Source: Actinomycetota bacterium
Lineage (GTDB): Bacteria; Actinomycetota; Acidimicrobiia; Acidimicrobiales; Ilumatobacteraceae
Direction of reading: 5' to 3'
Length of the DNA: 64,000 nucleotides
Assembly (NCBI GenBank): GCA_016700055.1
Contig: CP064997.1
Location: forward strand, 2,938,514 to 3,002,513
Shown: positions 35,469-45,144 of the stretch, piece after piece
Position numbering within the stretch: the stretch's first letter is position 1
Layout: each line of letters starts with the position of its first letter
Position numbers and translations under genes: made by a program
The notes under the pieces: model-generated
The model's input: only the letters and a program-made list of their open reading frames with translations
The model's database searches: none
What the model was told of the DNA's origin: nothing

Positions 35469-36689
35469 ATGATCGACTTCACGTTTGCGCCCGAGGTCGA
35501 AGAGGTGCGCGTCAAGGTGCGCCGCTTCATGGACGAAGTGGTTCGTCCGGAGTGGGAGTCGATCGATCCCACCGATCGCCGCCAGCTCGTCGGGGCGATC
35601 GTCAAGCTCCGTCACGCGGCGCGCCATGAGTGGGGGCTGTGGCTGCCGCACATGCCGCCGGAGTGGGGCGGGATGGGCCTCGGCCCGACGGCGATGGCGG
35701 CGGTGTCGGCAGAAGCGGCGAAGGTCTCGATCGGGCCGTTCGTGCTCAACGCGCAGGCACCCGACGAAGGCAACCAGCACACGCTGTTGCACTGGGCGAC
35801 GCCGGAGCAGAAGGAGAAGTACCTGCGACCGCTGTGCGAGGGCACCGCGCGGAGCTGCTTCGCGATGACCGAGCCGGAGGTGGCGGGCAGCGACCCGACG
35901 CTCATCAAGACATCCGCTTACCGAGACGGCGACGAGTGGGTGATCAACGGTCACAAGTGGTTCATCTCCGGTGCGCGTGGCGCGGGTTTCGCGCTGCTGC
36001 TCGCGAGGACAGAGGACGACCCCGACATCCCCCAGGCGGCGAACACGTGCTTTCTCGTCGACCTGCCGAGCGAGGGCTGGGAGATCGTGCGCGACGTGCA
36101 CACCATGTCGGGCGGGCACAACCACTGCGAGATCCTCATCCACGATCTGCGGGTGCCGCACGAGAACATGCTCGGTGGGCAGGGCCAGGGACATCTGCTT
36201 GGTCAGTACAGGCTGGGGCCGGCCCGCCTCGCGCACTGCATGCGGTGGATCGGCCAGGCCGAGACCGCCCTCGACATGATGGTCAAGCGCTCGCTCGAGA
36301 GGTACAGCCACGGCTCGTACCTGGCCGAGAAGCAGGGCATCCAGTGGATGATCGCCGACTCCGCGATGGAGATGTACCAGTGCAAGCTGATGGTGCTTCA
36401 CGCCGCGTACAAGATCGAGCGCTGCGAGGACTTCGTCGCCGAGGTGTCGATGGCCAAGCACTTCGTCGCCAACAGCTTGTGGCGCATCATCGACCGCGCG
36501 ATCCAGGTGCACGGCGCGCTCGGCTACTCCACCGACACCCCGCTCGCCGGCATGTTGACGCAGGCGCGCTGGAGCCGCTTCGCCGACGGTGCCGACGAGA
36601 TCCACCAGATGCGCATCGCCCAGCGCACGATCGCCGCCTGGAAAGACCACGGCAGCACCCGTTCGGCCACCGGCAACCTGCCGCTCTAG
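35469..36689 (+). CDS. acyl-CoA dehydrogenase
   Basis: Start ATG 35469 (MIDFTFAPEVEEV) after AAGGGGG; CFAMTEPEVAGSDP, GHKWFISG, GGADEIHQ-type C-terminus. Confidence 0.9.
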   Translation: MIDFTFAPEVEEVRVKVRRFMDEVVRPEWESIDPTDRRQLVGAIVKLRHAARHEWGLWLPHMPPEWGGMGLGPTAMAAVSAEAAKVSIGPFVLNAQAPDEGNQHTLLHWATPEQKEKYLRPLCEGTARSCFAMTEPEVAGSDPTLIKTSAYRDGDEWVINGHKWFISGARGAGFALLLARTEDDPDIPQAANTCFLVDLPSEGWEIVRDVHTMSGGHNHCEILIHDLRVPHENMLGGQGQGHLLGQYRLGPARLAHCMRWIGQAETALDMMVKRSLERYSHGSYLAEKQGIQWMIADSAMEMYQCKLMVLHAAYKIERCEDFVAEVSMAKHFVANSLWRIIDRAIQVHGALGYSTDTPLAGMLTQARWSRFADGADEIHQMRIAQRTIAAWKDHGSTRSATGNLPL

Positions 36690-36707
36690 TGCGCCTCAGG
36701 CCGGCGC

Positions 36708-38339
36708 TCAGGCCTCGGCGCTGACCGCTCTCGCCCAGCGGTAGTCAGCCTTGCCCGAAGGAGAGCGGACCACGCGGTCGACGAACACGACCAGCTTGGG
36801 CACCTTGAACCGGGCGATGTGGCGCGCTGCTTCGTTGAGCACGTCGGCGCTCGTGGCCGGGGAGCCCTCGCGCAGTTGGACGACGGCGACTACCTCTTGC
36901 CCCCATCGCTCGCTCGGCCTGCCGGTGACGATGCAGTCGTACACGTCGGGGTGTTGGCGCAGCGCCGACTCGACCTCTTCGGCGAACACCTTCTCGCCGC
37001 CGGTGTTGATGGTGGCCGCCTCGCGGCCGAGAACCTGGACCATGCCGTCGGCGGTCAGCCGAGCACGGTCGCCGGGCACCACGTACCGCCTCCCGTTCAC
37101 CACGGGATAGGTGCGTTGCGTCTTCGCGCGGTCACCGAGGTAGCCGAGGGCGAGGCGCCCGCTCTTCGCTAGCCAGCCGATCTCGGGATCGCCGGGGGAC
37201 AACTCCCGCGACAGGTCGTCGGAGAGCACGTGGTTGCCCTCGGTGAGGGCGAACGTCCCCGTCGACGCGCAGCCACCCGTCGAGACATGGGCGAGCTGTC
37301 CCCCGGCCTCGGAGGAGCCGAGGCCGTCGATGACGATCGCGGTCGGCAGGTGCTGGAGGAGCGCGTCCTTGTAGTGCGCCGACAGCGTCGCGCCGCCCGA
37401 CAGCACCACTGCCAGGCTGGAGAGGTCGTACGCCTTGCGGTCGAGCTCGTCGAGCAGGGGCCGGGCGAACGAGTCGCCGACGATGAGCAGGAACTCGATC
37501 CGCTCCCGCTCCACGAGCCCCAAGATGTCGGCGGGGTCGAGGTGGCCGGGGTCGTCCTGGACGAACACGGTGCCGCCGGTGTTCCACGTGCCAAAGCTCA
37601 TCCAGTGCCCGGCCCCGTGCATGAACGGTGGCGCGAGCAGCGCGCGCCGCCCCGTGGCCGCGGCGACGAAGTCGTCTACGCGCACGGCGTCACGTGCGCC
37701 GCCCATGCACTCCGTCAGCGCGTCGGCCTGCCGCCAGAGCACACCCTTCGGCATGCCCGTGGTGCCGCCGGTGTAGAGGATGTAGAGATCGTCGGGCGAC
37801 GCTGGTGGGGGCGGCTCCGGCGAAGCCGACGCGAGCGCGTCCTCGTACCACACCGCTCCCGGTAGCAGCGGGTGATCGGTCTCGTCGGCCACCTGCAGCA
37901 AGACCTCGATCCCCGGAAGGTCGCCCACGATCGCGGCGAGCATCGGGGCGAACCGGGAGTGGTACACGAGCCCTGACGGGCGGGCATCCGCGAGCAGGTA
38001 CGTGAGCTCCTCGGCGACGTAGCGGTAGTTGACGTTGAACGGGGCGACCCTGCCCTTGAACGCGCCGAGCATCGCCTCCAGGTACTCGTTGCCGTTGTAC
38101 AGGTAGATGCCGAGGTGGTCCTGACCGCTCTCGTGGCCCTCGAGGCCCGCGGATCGCTCCACGTGGCAGCCGAGGCCACGCCCGTTCAGGTAGTTCGCCA
38201 GGCGGCGGGTGCGATCGGTCACCTCGGCCCAAGTCAGACGGCGGTCGCGAAAGACGATGCACTCGCGCTCGGGTCGGGTGGCGGCGATGGCCTCGTGGAC
38301 CTCGCCGACCGTGAACTCGGCAGTGGGCGCGCCCGCCAT
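36708..38339 (-). CDS. acyl-CoA synthetase (AMP-binding, FadD-like)
   Basis: YTGGTTGMPKGV, GLGSSEAGG, VPGDRARL, PSGKADY motifs. Confidence 0.85.
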   Translation of the reverse strand: MAGAPTAEFTVGEVHEAIAATRPERECIVFRDRRLTWAEVTDRTRRLANYLNGRGLGCHVERSAGLEGHESGQDHLGIYLYNGNEYLEAMLGAFKGRVAPFNVNYRYVAEELTYLLADARPSGLVYHSRFAPMLAAIVGDLPGIEVLLQVADETDHPLLPGAVWYEDALASASPEPPPPASPDDLYILYTGGTTGMPKGVLWRQADALTECMGGARDAVRVDDFVAAATGRRALLAPPFMHGAGHWMSFGTWNTGGTVFVQDDPGHLDPADILGLVERERIEFLLIVGDSFARPLLDELDRKAYDLSSLAVVLSGGATLSAHYKDALLQHLPTAIVIDGLGSSEAGGQLAHVSTGGCASTGTFALTEGNHVLSDDLSRELSPGDPEIGWLAKSGRLALGYLGDRAKTQRTYPVVNGRRYVVPGDRARLTADGMVQVLGREAATINTGGEKVFAEEVESALRQHPDVYDCIVTGRPSERWGQEVVAVVQLREGSPATSADVLNEAARHIARFKVPKLVVFVDRVVRSPSGKADYRWARAVSAEA

Positions 38340-38420
38340 GGGACGAAGGTACGACCGCCGTGACAGCGGTCACGAATCGGCGGGAGTGCACCTCGGTGCA
38401 ACGCGCCTAGGTTGCGACGT

Positions 38421-39392
38421 ATGAGCGACGTGATCTTCGGGGTCTTCATGCCCCAGGGGTGGAAGATGGAGCTGTCGGCGATCGAGGGGGCGCGGGCCAA
38501 GTGGGACAAGGCCGTCGAGGTCGCGCTCTTGGCGGAGGAGCTCGGGTACGACTCGATCTGGCTCTACGACCACTTCCACAACGTCCCCCGGCCGGCGCAC
38601 GAGGCGGTGTTCGAGTGCTGGACCGTCGTCACCGCGATCAGCCAGCTGACGAGCCGCATCCGCCTCGGGCAGATGGTCGGGTGCAACAGCTATCGCAACC
38701 CGGCGCTGCTCGCGAAGATCACGTCGACGGTCGACGTCGTCTCCGGGGGCCGTCTCGATTGGGGCATCGGCGCGGGCTGGTACGAGAACGAGTACCGCGC
38801 GTACGGCTACGACTTCCCGCGGCCGAAGGACCGCATCGGCATGCTCCAGGAGTCGGTGGAGATCGTGCGCTCGATGTGGACCGAGGACGAGACCACCTAC
38901 CGGGGCAAGTACTACGAGCTGCTGCGGGCGAACTGCGACCCGAAGCCGTTGCAGTCGCCGCACCCGCCCATCTGGATCGGTGGCGGCGGGGAGCAGCTCA
39001 CCTTGCGCGTCGTGGCCAAGCACGCGGACCGCTCGAACTTCGGCGGCAATCCCGCGGAGTGGGCCCGCAAGCGCGACGTCCTGCGGGCGCACTGCGTCGC
39101 GGTCAAGCGCGACGAGGCCGAGATCGTGAAGACCTGGTCACCGGAGCTGTTCATTCGGGAGACCGAGGCCGAGATCACGGCAGCGGGCACGAAGAGCCTC
39201 TGGAACGAGCCGTTCGAGAGCTGGCGGGAAGGGAACCTCGTCGGCACGCCCGAGCAGGTGGCGGAGAAGATCGAGTCCTACATCGCGCTCGGCTGTGGCG
39301 GCTTCGTGCCCTGGTGCTCGGACTACCCGAGCACGGAGAGCCTGGAGTTGCTGGCGACGAAGGTGATCCCCGAGTTCCGGTCTCAGACGTAG
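38421..39392 (+). CDS. LLM-class F420-dependent oxidoreductase
   Basis: Start ATG 38421 (MSDVIFGVFMPQGW); DSIWLYDHF, LGQMVGCNSYRNPALLAK, WGIGAGWYENEY. Confidence 0.8.
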   Translation: MSDVIFGVFMPQGWKMELSAIEGARAKWDKAVEVALLAEELGYDSIWLYDHFHNVPRPAHEAVFECWTVVTAISQLTSRIRLGQMVGCNSYRNPALLAKITSTVDVVSGGRLDWGIGAGWYENEYRAYGYDFPRPKDRIGMLQESVEIVRSMWTEDETTYRGKYYELLRANCDPKPLQSPHPPIWIGGGGEQLTLRVVAKHADRSNFGGNPAEWARKRDVLRAHCVAVKRDEAEIVKTWSPELFIRETEAEITAAGTKSLWNEPFESWREGNLVGTPEQVAEKIESYIALGCGGFVPWCSDYPSTESLELLATKVIPEFRSQT

Positions 39393-39841
39393 CTGCGGAA
39401 GATTATCTCGGCCACGCACGAGGGCTTCGGCGCGCCCTCCACCTCGAAGGTGAACTCCATCGTGAGCTGCACCCCGCCGGCGATGTCCTCGACGCCGGCC
39501 AGCTTGACGCCGAGGCGCACCTTCGATCCGACGGGGACGGGCGAGGGGAAGCGCACCTTGTTGGCGCCGTAGTTGACCCCCATCGAGAAGCCGCGGACCT
39601 GCACGACCTGCGGGTACAGCACGGGGCCGAGCGACAGCGTGAGGTAGCCGTGCGCGATCGGTCCGCCGAAGGGTCCGGCCTTGGCCCGCTCGACGTCGAC
39701 GTGGATCCACTGGTGGTCGCCGGTGGCGTCGGCGAACAGATTGACCCGGTCCTGGGTGATCTCCAGCCAGTCGCTGTAGCCGAGGTGCTCGCCGACCAGC
39801 GCCTTCAGCTCGTCGGGACCGTCGATGATGCGGGGTGCCAT
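39383..39841 (-). CDS. MaoC-like (R)-hydratase hotdog protein
   Basis: ATGDHQWIHVD, GPIAHGYLTLSL; start ATG 39841 (GTG 39859 possible). Confidence 0.85.
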   Translation of the reverse strand: MAPRIIDGPDELKALVGEHLGYSDWLEITQDRVNLFADATGDHQWIHVDVERAKAGPFGGPIAHGYLTLSLGPVLYPQVVQVRGFSMGVNYGANKVRFPSPVPVGSKVRLGVKLAGVEDIAGGVQLTMEFTFEVEGAPKPSCVAEIIFRSYV

Positions 39842-39871
39842 GGGCGACGAGTGTGCCACGGCCTGGCCCGT

Positions 39872-40309
39872 TCAGCGATACCAGACCCGCTGGTGCTCGC
39901 GGCTCGTCGGGTGGAGCAACAGCACGCAGAGCGCCACGTCGAAGATGAAACCGATCGCTTGGCGACCTGTGAGCATGTCGAAGAAGCTGATCCCGGGCAC
40001 ATCCCAGAGCACCCAGAAGCGCAAGACGAAGGGGGAGAACGCCCCGATCAGGGCCAGCCTGTAGCCGAGCTTGCGGTCGTTGGCCATCAAGAAGCCGCCG
40101 GCCACGTAAGCGACGACGATGCCGAGTCCGACGAGCGTGCCGACGATGCCCTTGTCGACCCGGGCGTAGCCGATCCAGCCGCGCTCGCCGGCGAAGTCGA
40201 CCAGCGCGAAGAGGCCGTTCAGGTAGAGCAGCCAGGTCGCGATCTGCAGGGTCTGTGGCTGGAAACGGTCGAACCACTTGCGCAGGTCGAGGGGGGCGGA
40301 CGTCGGCAT
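39872..40309 (-). CDS. integral membrane protein, unknown function
   Basis: 145 aa, four hydrophobic spans; no recognisable motif. Confidence 0.5.
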   Translation of the reverse strand: MPTSAPLDLRKWFDRFQPQTLQIATWLLYLNGLFALVDFAGERGWIGYARVDKGIVGTLVGLGIVVAYVAGGFLMANDRKLGYRLALIGAFSPFVLRFWVLWDVPGISFFDMLTGRQAIGFIFDVALCVLLLHPTSREHQRVWYR

Positions 40310-40438
40310 AGTGCGAACAGTCTTACAGGCGTACCGTGAGCATCGATGTTCGACCGACTCAGCCGCTTGCTCACCGCGCCCGTCCGGATGCCCCTCCGGG
40401 CCGTGACCGGGGCGCGGCGTATGCTACGAAGCCTCGCC

Positions 40439-42004
40439 ATGGCCGACTTCCTCGCGGTGTACGCCCAGATGCATCCGGACAAGCTCGCCGTGGTCGACGA
40501 CCGGCCGGGCGCCACGGCGCGCACCCTCACGTTCCGCGAGCTGGACGAGCAGTCGAACCGGCTGGCGAACGTGCTCGCCGGGTTCGGCGCCGGTCCGGGG
40601 ACGAAGGTGGTGTGGTGCGGCCAGAACTCGCCGGGCGTGGTCACGATGGTCAACGCCGCCCGCAAGCTGAAGGTGACGGCGGTTCCGCTCAACTACCGCC
40701 TGTCCGACGAAGAGGCCGCTTACGTCACCGACCACTGCGACGCGACGATCGTGTACGTCGACGCCGAGTTCGCGCCGACGTTCGAGCGCATTCTCGCCGA
40801 CCTCCCGAAGGTGCGCCACGTGCTGGTCTTCGACGGCGCTGTACCGGACGGGTTCGTCGACGTAGACGCGCTCGTGGCGGCGGCGTCGGCGGATGAGCCC
40901 CAGCCGGTGGAATCCGCCGACGCGGCCGAGTCCGGGTCGACGATGATCTACACCTCCGGCACGACCGGCAAGCCGAAAGGTGCGCTGCGGCGCAACACGG
41001 TGGATCCGGCGCAGGGAATGGCGTTGGTCGCCCACATCGGCTACTCGCCCGACGACGTGTACCTGCCGACCGGCCCCTTGTACCACTCCGGCCCGGGCGG
41101 CTTCATGGGCGTCGCGCAATCGCTCGGACAGACGGTCGTGCTGCAGCGCCGGTTCGACCCGGAGGACTGGCTGCGGTTGGTCGAGAAGTACCGCGTCACC
41201 TCCACGTTCAGTGCGCCGACGCCGATCCGCATGATCTGCACGCTGCCCGACGAGGTGAAGGCGAAGTACGACCGGTCCTCGATGAGGATCATGATCGCCA
41301 ACGCGGCGCCTTGGCCGTTCGCCTTGAAGAAGATGTACCTCGCCGACTTCCCCGAGGACTCGCTGTTCGAGGTGTACGGCTCCACCGAGCTCGGCGTGAA
41401 CTGCGTGCTGCGCCCGGAGGACCAGCTGCGCAAGCCCGGCTCGTGTGGCCTTCCCGCCCCGGGGGTCGAGGTGGCGCTGTTCGACGACGACGGCAACGAG
41501 GTGACCGGGCGTGGCCCGGAGCACACCGGCGAGCTGTTCGTGAAGAGCCCGTCGATCTTCGCCGACTACTACAAGCAGCACGACAAGTTCGTCGCCGATT
41601 CCAAGCACGGGTACCAGACCGTGGGCGACATCGCTTACCGCGACGACGAGGGCTACATCTACATCTGCGACCGCAAGAAGGACATGATCATCACGGGGGG
41701 GATGAACGTGTACCCGGCCGAGATCGAAGGCGTCCTCGAGCACCACCCCGAGATCTACGAGGCGGCGGTGTTCGGCGTGCCCTCCGACGAGTGGGGCGAG
41801 AGCGTGCACGCCGTCGTGGTGCTCGCGCCGGGTTCGTCGCTAGACGAGGCCGCCGTCGTCGCGTACGCCCGCGAGCACCTCGCCAGCTACAAGATCCCGC
41901 GCTCGATCAGCTGGTCGGCCGAGCTGCCGAAGACGGGCAGCGGCAAGATGCTGAAGCGCGAGCTGCGCGCGCCGTTCTGGCAGGGCCACGGTACGAACGT
42001 GTGA
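40439..42004 (+). CDS. acyl-CoA synthetase (AMP-binding)
   Basis: Start ATG 40439 (MADFLAVYAQMHPDK); YTSGTTGKPKGA, YGSTELG, VGDIAYRDDEGY, GSGKMLKREL. Confidence 0.85.
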   Translation: MADFLAVYAQMHPDKLAVVDDRPGATARTLTFRELDEQSNRLANVLAGFGAGPGTKVVWCGQNSPGVVTMVNAARKLKVTAVPLNYRLSDEEAAYVTDHCDATIVYVDAEFAPTFERILADLPKVRHVLVFDGAVPDGFVDVDALVAAASADEPQPVESADAAESGSTMIYTSGTTGKPKGALRRNTVDPAQGMALVAHIGYSPDDVYLPTGPLYHSGPGGFMGVAQSLGQTVVLQRRFDPEDWLRLVEKYRVTSTFSAPTPIRMICTLPDEVKAKYDRSSMRIMIANAAPWPFALKKMYLADFPEDSLFEVYGSTELGVNCVLRPEDQLRKPGSCGLPAPGVEVALFDDDGNEVTGRGPEHTGELFVKSPSIFADYYKQHDKFVADSKHGYQTVGDIAYRDDEGYIYICDRKKDMIITGGMNVYPAEIEGVLEHHPEIYEAAVFGVPSDEWGESVHAVVVLAPGSSLDEAAVVAYAREHLASYKIPRSISWSAELPKTGSGKMLKRELRAPFWQGHGTNV

Positions 42005-42852
42005 CCGCGCAACTGCGCTCGGGATTCGTCACGCTGGTCGGCCGGCCGAACGTCGGCAAGTCGACGCTGCTAAACGCGATCTGTGGGCGCAAGGTGTCGA
42101 TCGTCTCCCCTCAGCCCCAGACCACGCGCCGGCAGGTGCGCGGGGTGCTCACCCGTCCCGACGCGCAGATCGTGTTCGTCGACACCCCGGGTCTGCACAA
42201 GCCCGTCACCGCCCTCGGCCAACGGGTGAACTCGGCGGCGCTCGCCAGCCTCGACGACGTCGACGTGGCATGTCTCCTGCTCGACGCCACCAAGCCGTTC
42301 GGCGGCGGCGATCGTTGGGTGGCAGAGCGCCTCGACATCGAGCGCGCGGTGATCGTGGTGACGAAGACCGACATCGCGTCGAAGAGCCAGGTGCTCGCCC
42401 AGCTCGCCGCTGCCGCGGAGCTCGGCGCCGAGGCGTACTTCCCGCTCTCCGCACGCACCGGCGACGGCGTCGGTGAACTCGTCGAGCACCTGGTGGCGCG
42501 GCTACCCGAGGGTCCCCAGTTCTATCCAGCCGACATGGTCAGCGACGTCCCGGAGGAGCAGTGGGTGGCCGAGCTGGTGCGCGAGCAGCTACTCGCGGTC
42601 ACCCGTGAGGAGCTACCTCACTCCATCGCCACCAGGGTGACGGAATGGGAGTGGCCGCGGGTGCGCGTCGAGATCGTCGTCGAGCGGGAGAGCCAGAAGG
42701 GCATGGTCATCGGCAAGGGTGGCGCCGTCCTGAAGCGAGCCGGTGAGGCCGCGCGCCGCCAGCTGCCACCGGGCATGTTCTTGGAGCTGCACGTCACCGT
42801 CGACAAGGACTGGCAGCGCCGCCCCGACCGCGTCGAGCGGCTCGGGTACTAG
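42001..42852 (+). CDS. era: GTPase Era
   Basis: GTG 42001 in GTGA overlap with upstream stop; GRPNVGKSTL, DTPG, TKTD, KH domain ERESQKGMVIGKGG. Confidence 0.95.
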   Translation: MTAQLRSGFVTLVGRPNVGKSTLLNAICGRKVSIVSPQPQTTRRQVRGVLTRPDAQIVFVDTPGLHKPVTALGQRVNSAALASLDDVDVACLLLDATKPFGGGDRWVAERLDIERAVIVVTKTDIASKSQVLAQLAAAAELGAEAYFPLSARTGDGVGELVEHLVARLPEGPQFYPADMVSDVPEEQWVAELVREQLLAVTREELPHSIATRVTEWEWPRVRVEIVVERESQKGMVIGKGGAVLKRAGEAARRQLPPGMFLELHVTVDKDWQRRPDRVERLGY

Positions 42853-42859
42853 CGCGCGC

Positions 42860-43552
42860 TCAGCATCCGAGGCCGGGGCCGAGCAGGTTCTCGTAGTCGT
42901 CACAGCTCACGAGGTCGCCGGGCTCGGTCAGGTCACCGCGCCCGCGGGGCACCGCCTGGGGAACGCCGCCGATGGTGAACGTCACCTGGCCGAGCCCTCC
43001 GCGCCGGGTCAGCGTGAGCACGATCTGGGCCACCGCGAGGCGCTGCTCGCCGCCGGGGACGTCGGTGATGAACGCCGGGGGCAGCTCCACCGTCGCCACG
43101 CCGCGCTCCACCCCGACGGTCATCTCGGTGTCCTCGGGGATCGCCGAGCGCAGCCCGGCGGCGATGTCGCCTTCGGGCGGTCCTTCCAGGAGTGCGGTCA
43201 GCACCTGCGGGGGTGCGGCGGGGCTGAGCAGCAGTCGGCTGGTCGGGAACAGCTCCGCGCCGGTGACCCAGAAAAGGGTCACCACTTCGACGGGGACCGT
43301 CGTGCTCGTGCTCGTGCTCGTGGTCGCGGGCTCGGTGGTGGTCTGCCGCGCGATGGTCGTCGAGGACGCGGACGAGGTGGTGGACGCGATGGTCGTCGAG
43401 GTGGTGGTCGCGTCGAGCCCATACGGGATGTCTGCCGAGTCGATCTGCTGGAAGTCGCTCTCGCCCGGCACCCCACAAGCCGTGACGAGCGCGAGCACGA
43501 CGGCCGCGGCGGCGCCGACGGCGAGCCGACTCCGCGATCCAGGGGCGCTCAT
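42860..43552 (-). CDS. GerMN-domain lipoprotein (short LpqB-like)
   Basis: Start ATG 43552 in ATGA overlap with kinase stop; lipobox LALVTAC; Thr/Ser-rich linker; follows an MtrB-like kinase. Confidence 0.65.
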   Translation of the reverse strand: MSAPGSRSRLAVGAAAAVVLALVTACGVPGESDFQQIDSADIPYGLDATTTSTTIASTTSSASSTTIARQTTTEPATTSTSTSTTVPVEVVTLFWVTGAELFPTSRLLLSPAAPPQVLTALLEGPPEGDIAAGLRSAIPEDTEMTVGVERGVATVELPPAFITDVPGGEQRLAVAQIVLTLTRRGGLGQVTFTIGGVPQAVPRGRGDLTEPGDLVSCDDYENLLGPGLGC

Positions 43553-44934
43553 CGACGGCTCCCCGGGAAGCGCACCACGAACCGGGCACCGCCGCCGGAG
43601 CGGTCTTCCACCCACGCGTCGCCGCCGTGGGAGCGGGCGTGCTCGCGCACGAGGGCCAGGCCGAGACCCGTGCCGCCGGCCCGGCTCCGTCCTGCGGTGC
43701 CGCGCGCGAAGCGCTCGAAGATGTGCGCCTTCTCGCTCGCGGAGACCCCTGGTCCGGCGTCTTCCACGGCGAGCAGGATGCTGCCGTCGGGCGCGCCGTC
43801 GATCGTCACCGCTACCGGGCCGCCGGCGTGCAGCCGGGCATTGTCGAGCAGGTTGGCCACGATCCGCTCCAGACGCCGCTTGTCGACCATCACCGAGCGG
43901 TCACCCTCGTGGCCGACGAGCACCGGCACCCCGGCGAAGCCGTGGCGGCGCGCGATGCGCTCGACCACGTCGGCGATGGCCAGCTCCTCGCGGTGGAGGT
44001 CGCCGGCACCGACGTCGAGACGGGACAGCTCGAGCAGGTCCATCACCATGGCGTCGAAGCGTCGCACCTGACTGACGACTACGTCGAGGGCCTGCTGGCT
44101 GCGCTCGGGGAGGTCGGCGCGGCGCGCGTCGAGCACCTCGACCGCCGCTGTCAGCGCGGTGATCGGCGAGCGCAGCTCGTGGCTGACGTCGGACGCGAAC
44201 CGGGTCTCCCGCTCGATGCGGGCCTGCACCGTGTCGGCCATGTCGTTGAACGAGTGGGCGAGGCGCTCGAGGTCGGGATCGGCCTCTGGCTCCATCCGGG
44301 TGTCGAGCCCGCCCGAGGCGATGTCGCTCGCCGCATCGGCGACGCGGGTCAGCGGGCGCAGCAGGCGCCGGCTCACCCACCACCCGAGCCCTGCGGCGAG
44401 CAGGGTGGTGATGGCGGTCCCGAGCGCCAGCGTAGAACCGATGAGCCGCAGCGTTCGCTGCTCGCTGCTCATCGGGAACGCCTCGAAGTAGTTGGCGTCG
44501 ATCTCGGCGATGCTCACCCCGATGCCGACGAACGGCTCTCCGTCGAGCGTGAAGCGCTGCGAGCCGGTGCGCCCGGAGATGGTCGCGTTGACGAGCTGGT
44601 CCGGGAACGCCGTCTGGGTGAACCTCAGATCCTGGGAGTAGAAGAGGTCCTCCGGCTCGAGGTGAAGCACGGCGAATCCTCCCGGCTCCGTGCGCACCCC
44701 GCTGACCAGCTCGAACGCCTCGCCGCGGCGGTTCTTCAGCTGCGTGCGGATGAGCTGCGCGTTGTTGAAGGCCTGCCGCTCGGCAACTTCGTCGCGGCGA
44801 TCCAGCAAGTACGCGCGAGCGACCAGGTAGCTGACCACGCTCAGCCCGACCGCGGCGACGAGCCCGGAGAGCAAGAACAGCAGCGTGACGCGCGTGCGCA
44901 AGCGGAGGGAGCGACGCTGGCGACGGGCGGGCAC
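43549..44934 (-). CDS. sensor histidine kinase (HAMP, HisKA, HATPase; MtrB-like)
   Basis: Two TM spans, FASDVSHELRSP H-box, DNARLHA N-box, GTGLGLALV G-box; GTG start. Confidence 0.9.
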   Translation of the reverse strand: MPARRQRRSLRLRTRVTLLFLLSGLVAAVGLSVVSYLVARAYLLDRRDEVAERQAFNNAQLIRTQLKNRRGEAFELVSGVRTEPGGFAVLHLEPEDLFYSQDLRFTQTAFPDQLVNATISGRTGSQRFTLDGEPFVGIGVSIAEIDANYFEAFPMSSEQRTLRLIGSTLALGTAITTLLAAGLGWWVSRRLLRPLTRVADAASDIASGGLDTRMEPEADPDLERLAHSFNDMADTVQARIERETRFASDVSHELRSPITALTAAVEVLDARRADLPERSQQALDVVVSQVRRFDAMVMDLLELSRLDVGAGDLHREELAIADVVERIARRHGFAGVPVLVGHEGDRSVMVDKRRLERIVANLLDNARLHAGGPVAVTIDGAPDGSILLAVEDAGPGVSASEKAHIFERFARGTAGRSRAGGTGLGLALVREHARSHGGDAWVEDRSGGGARFVVRFPGSRR

Positions 44935-44983
44935 TGCGCCATCCTGTCATCGCCGAAGGCGGGCGGGAGGCGCAAGAGGGAGG

Positions 44984-45045
44984 GTTCACACGCTGGCCGG
45001 TGGGGCACCAGGGGGAGGAAGGTACCCCACCGGGGCAGCGTGAAC
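44984..45045. promoter_or_regulatory. long imperfect hairpin (6+4+9 bp) with 19-nt purine-rich loop (pyrimidine-rich on minus strand) in the divergent kinase/regulator gap
   Basis: GTTCAC-AC-GCTG-G-CCGGTGGGG [CACCAGGGGGAGGAAGGTA] CCCCACCGG-GG-CAGC-GTGAAC read directly. Confidence 0.4.
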
Positions 45046-45144
45046 ACCGCCATCCTGGTCACCGTCTGTGACAGCCCCTTGCGCGCTGTGCGCGATTTCT
45101 GTAACAACTGCGTGGCGGTGACGGCGAGGCAGAATGGCCTGACC

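Noticed and set aside
44984-45045. The C-rich-loop hairpin (minus strand) as the actinobacterial 6C RNA.
   Set aside because: As I remember it, 6C has two adjacent stem-loops, each with a C-rich loop, and its own terminator. Only one such hairpin is present here, and it sits in a promoter gap.
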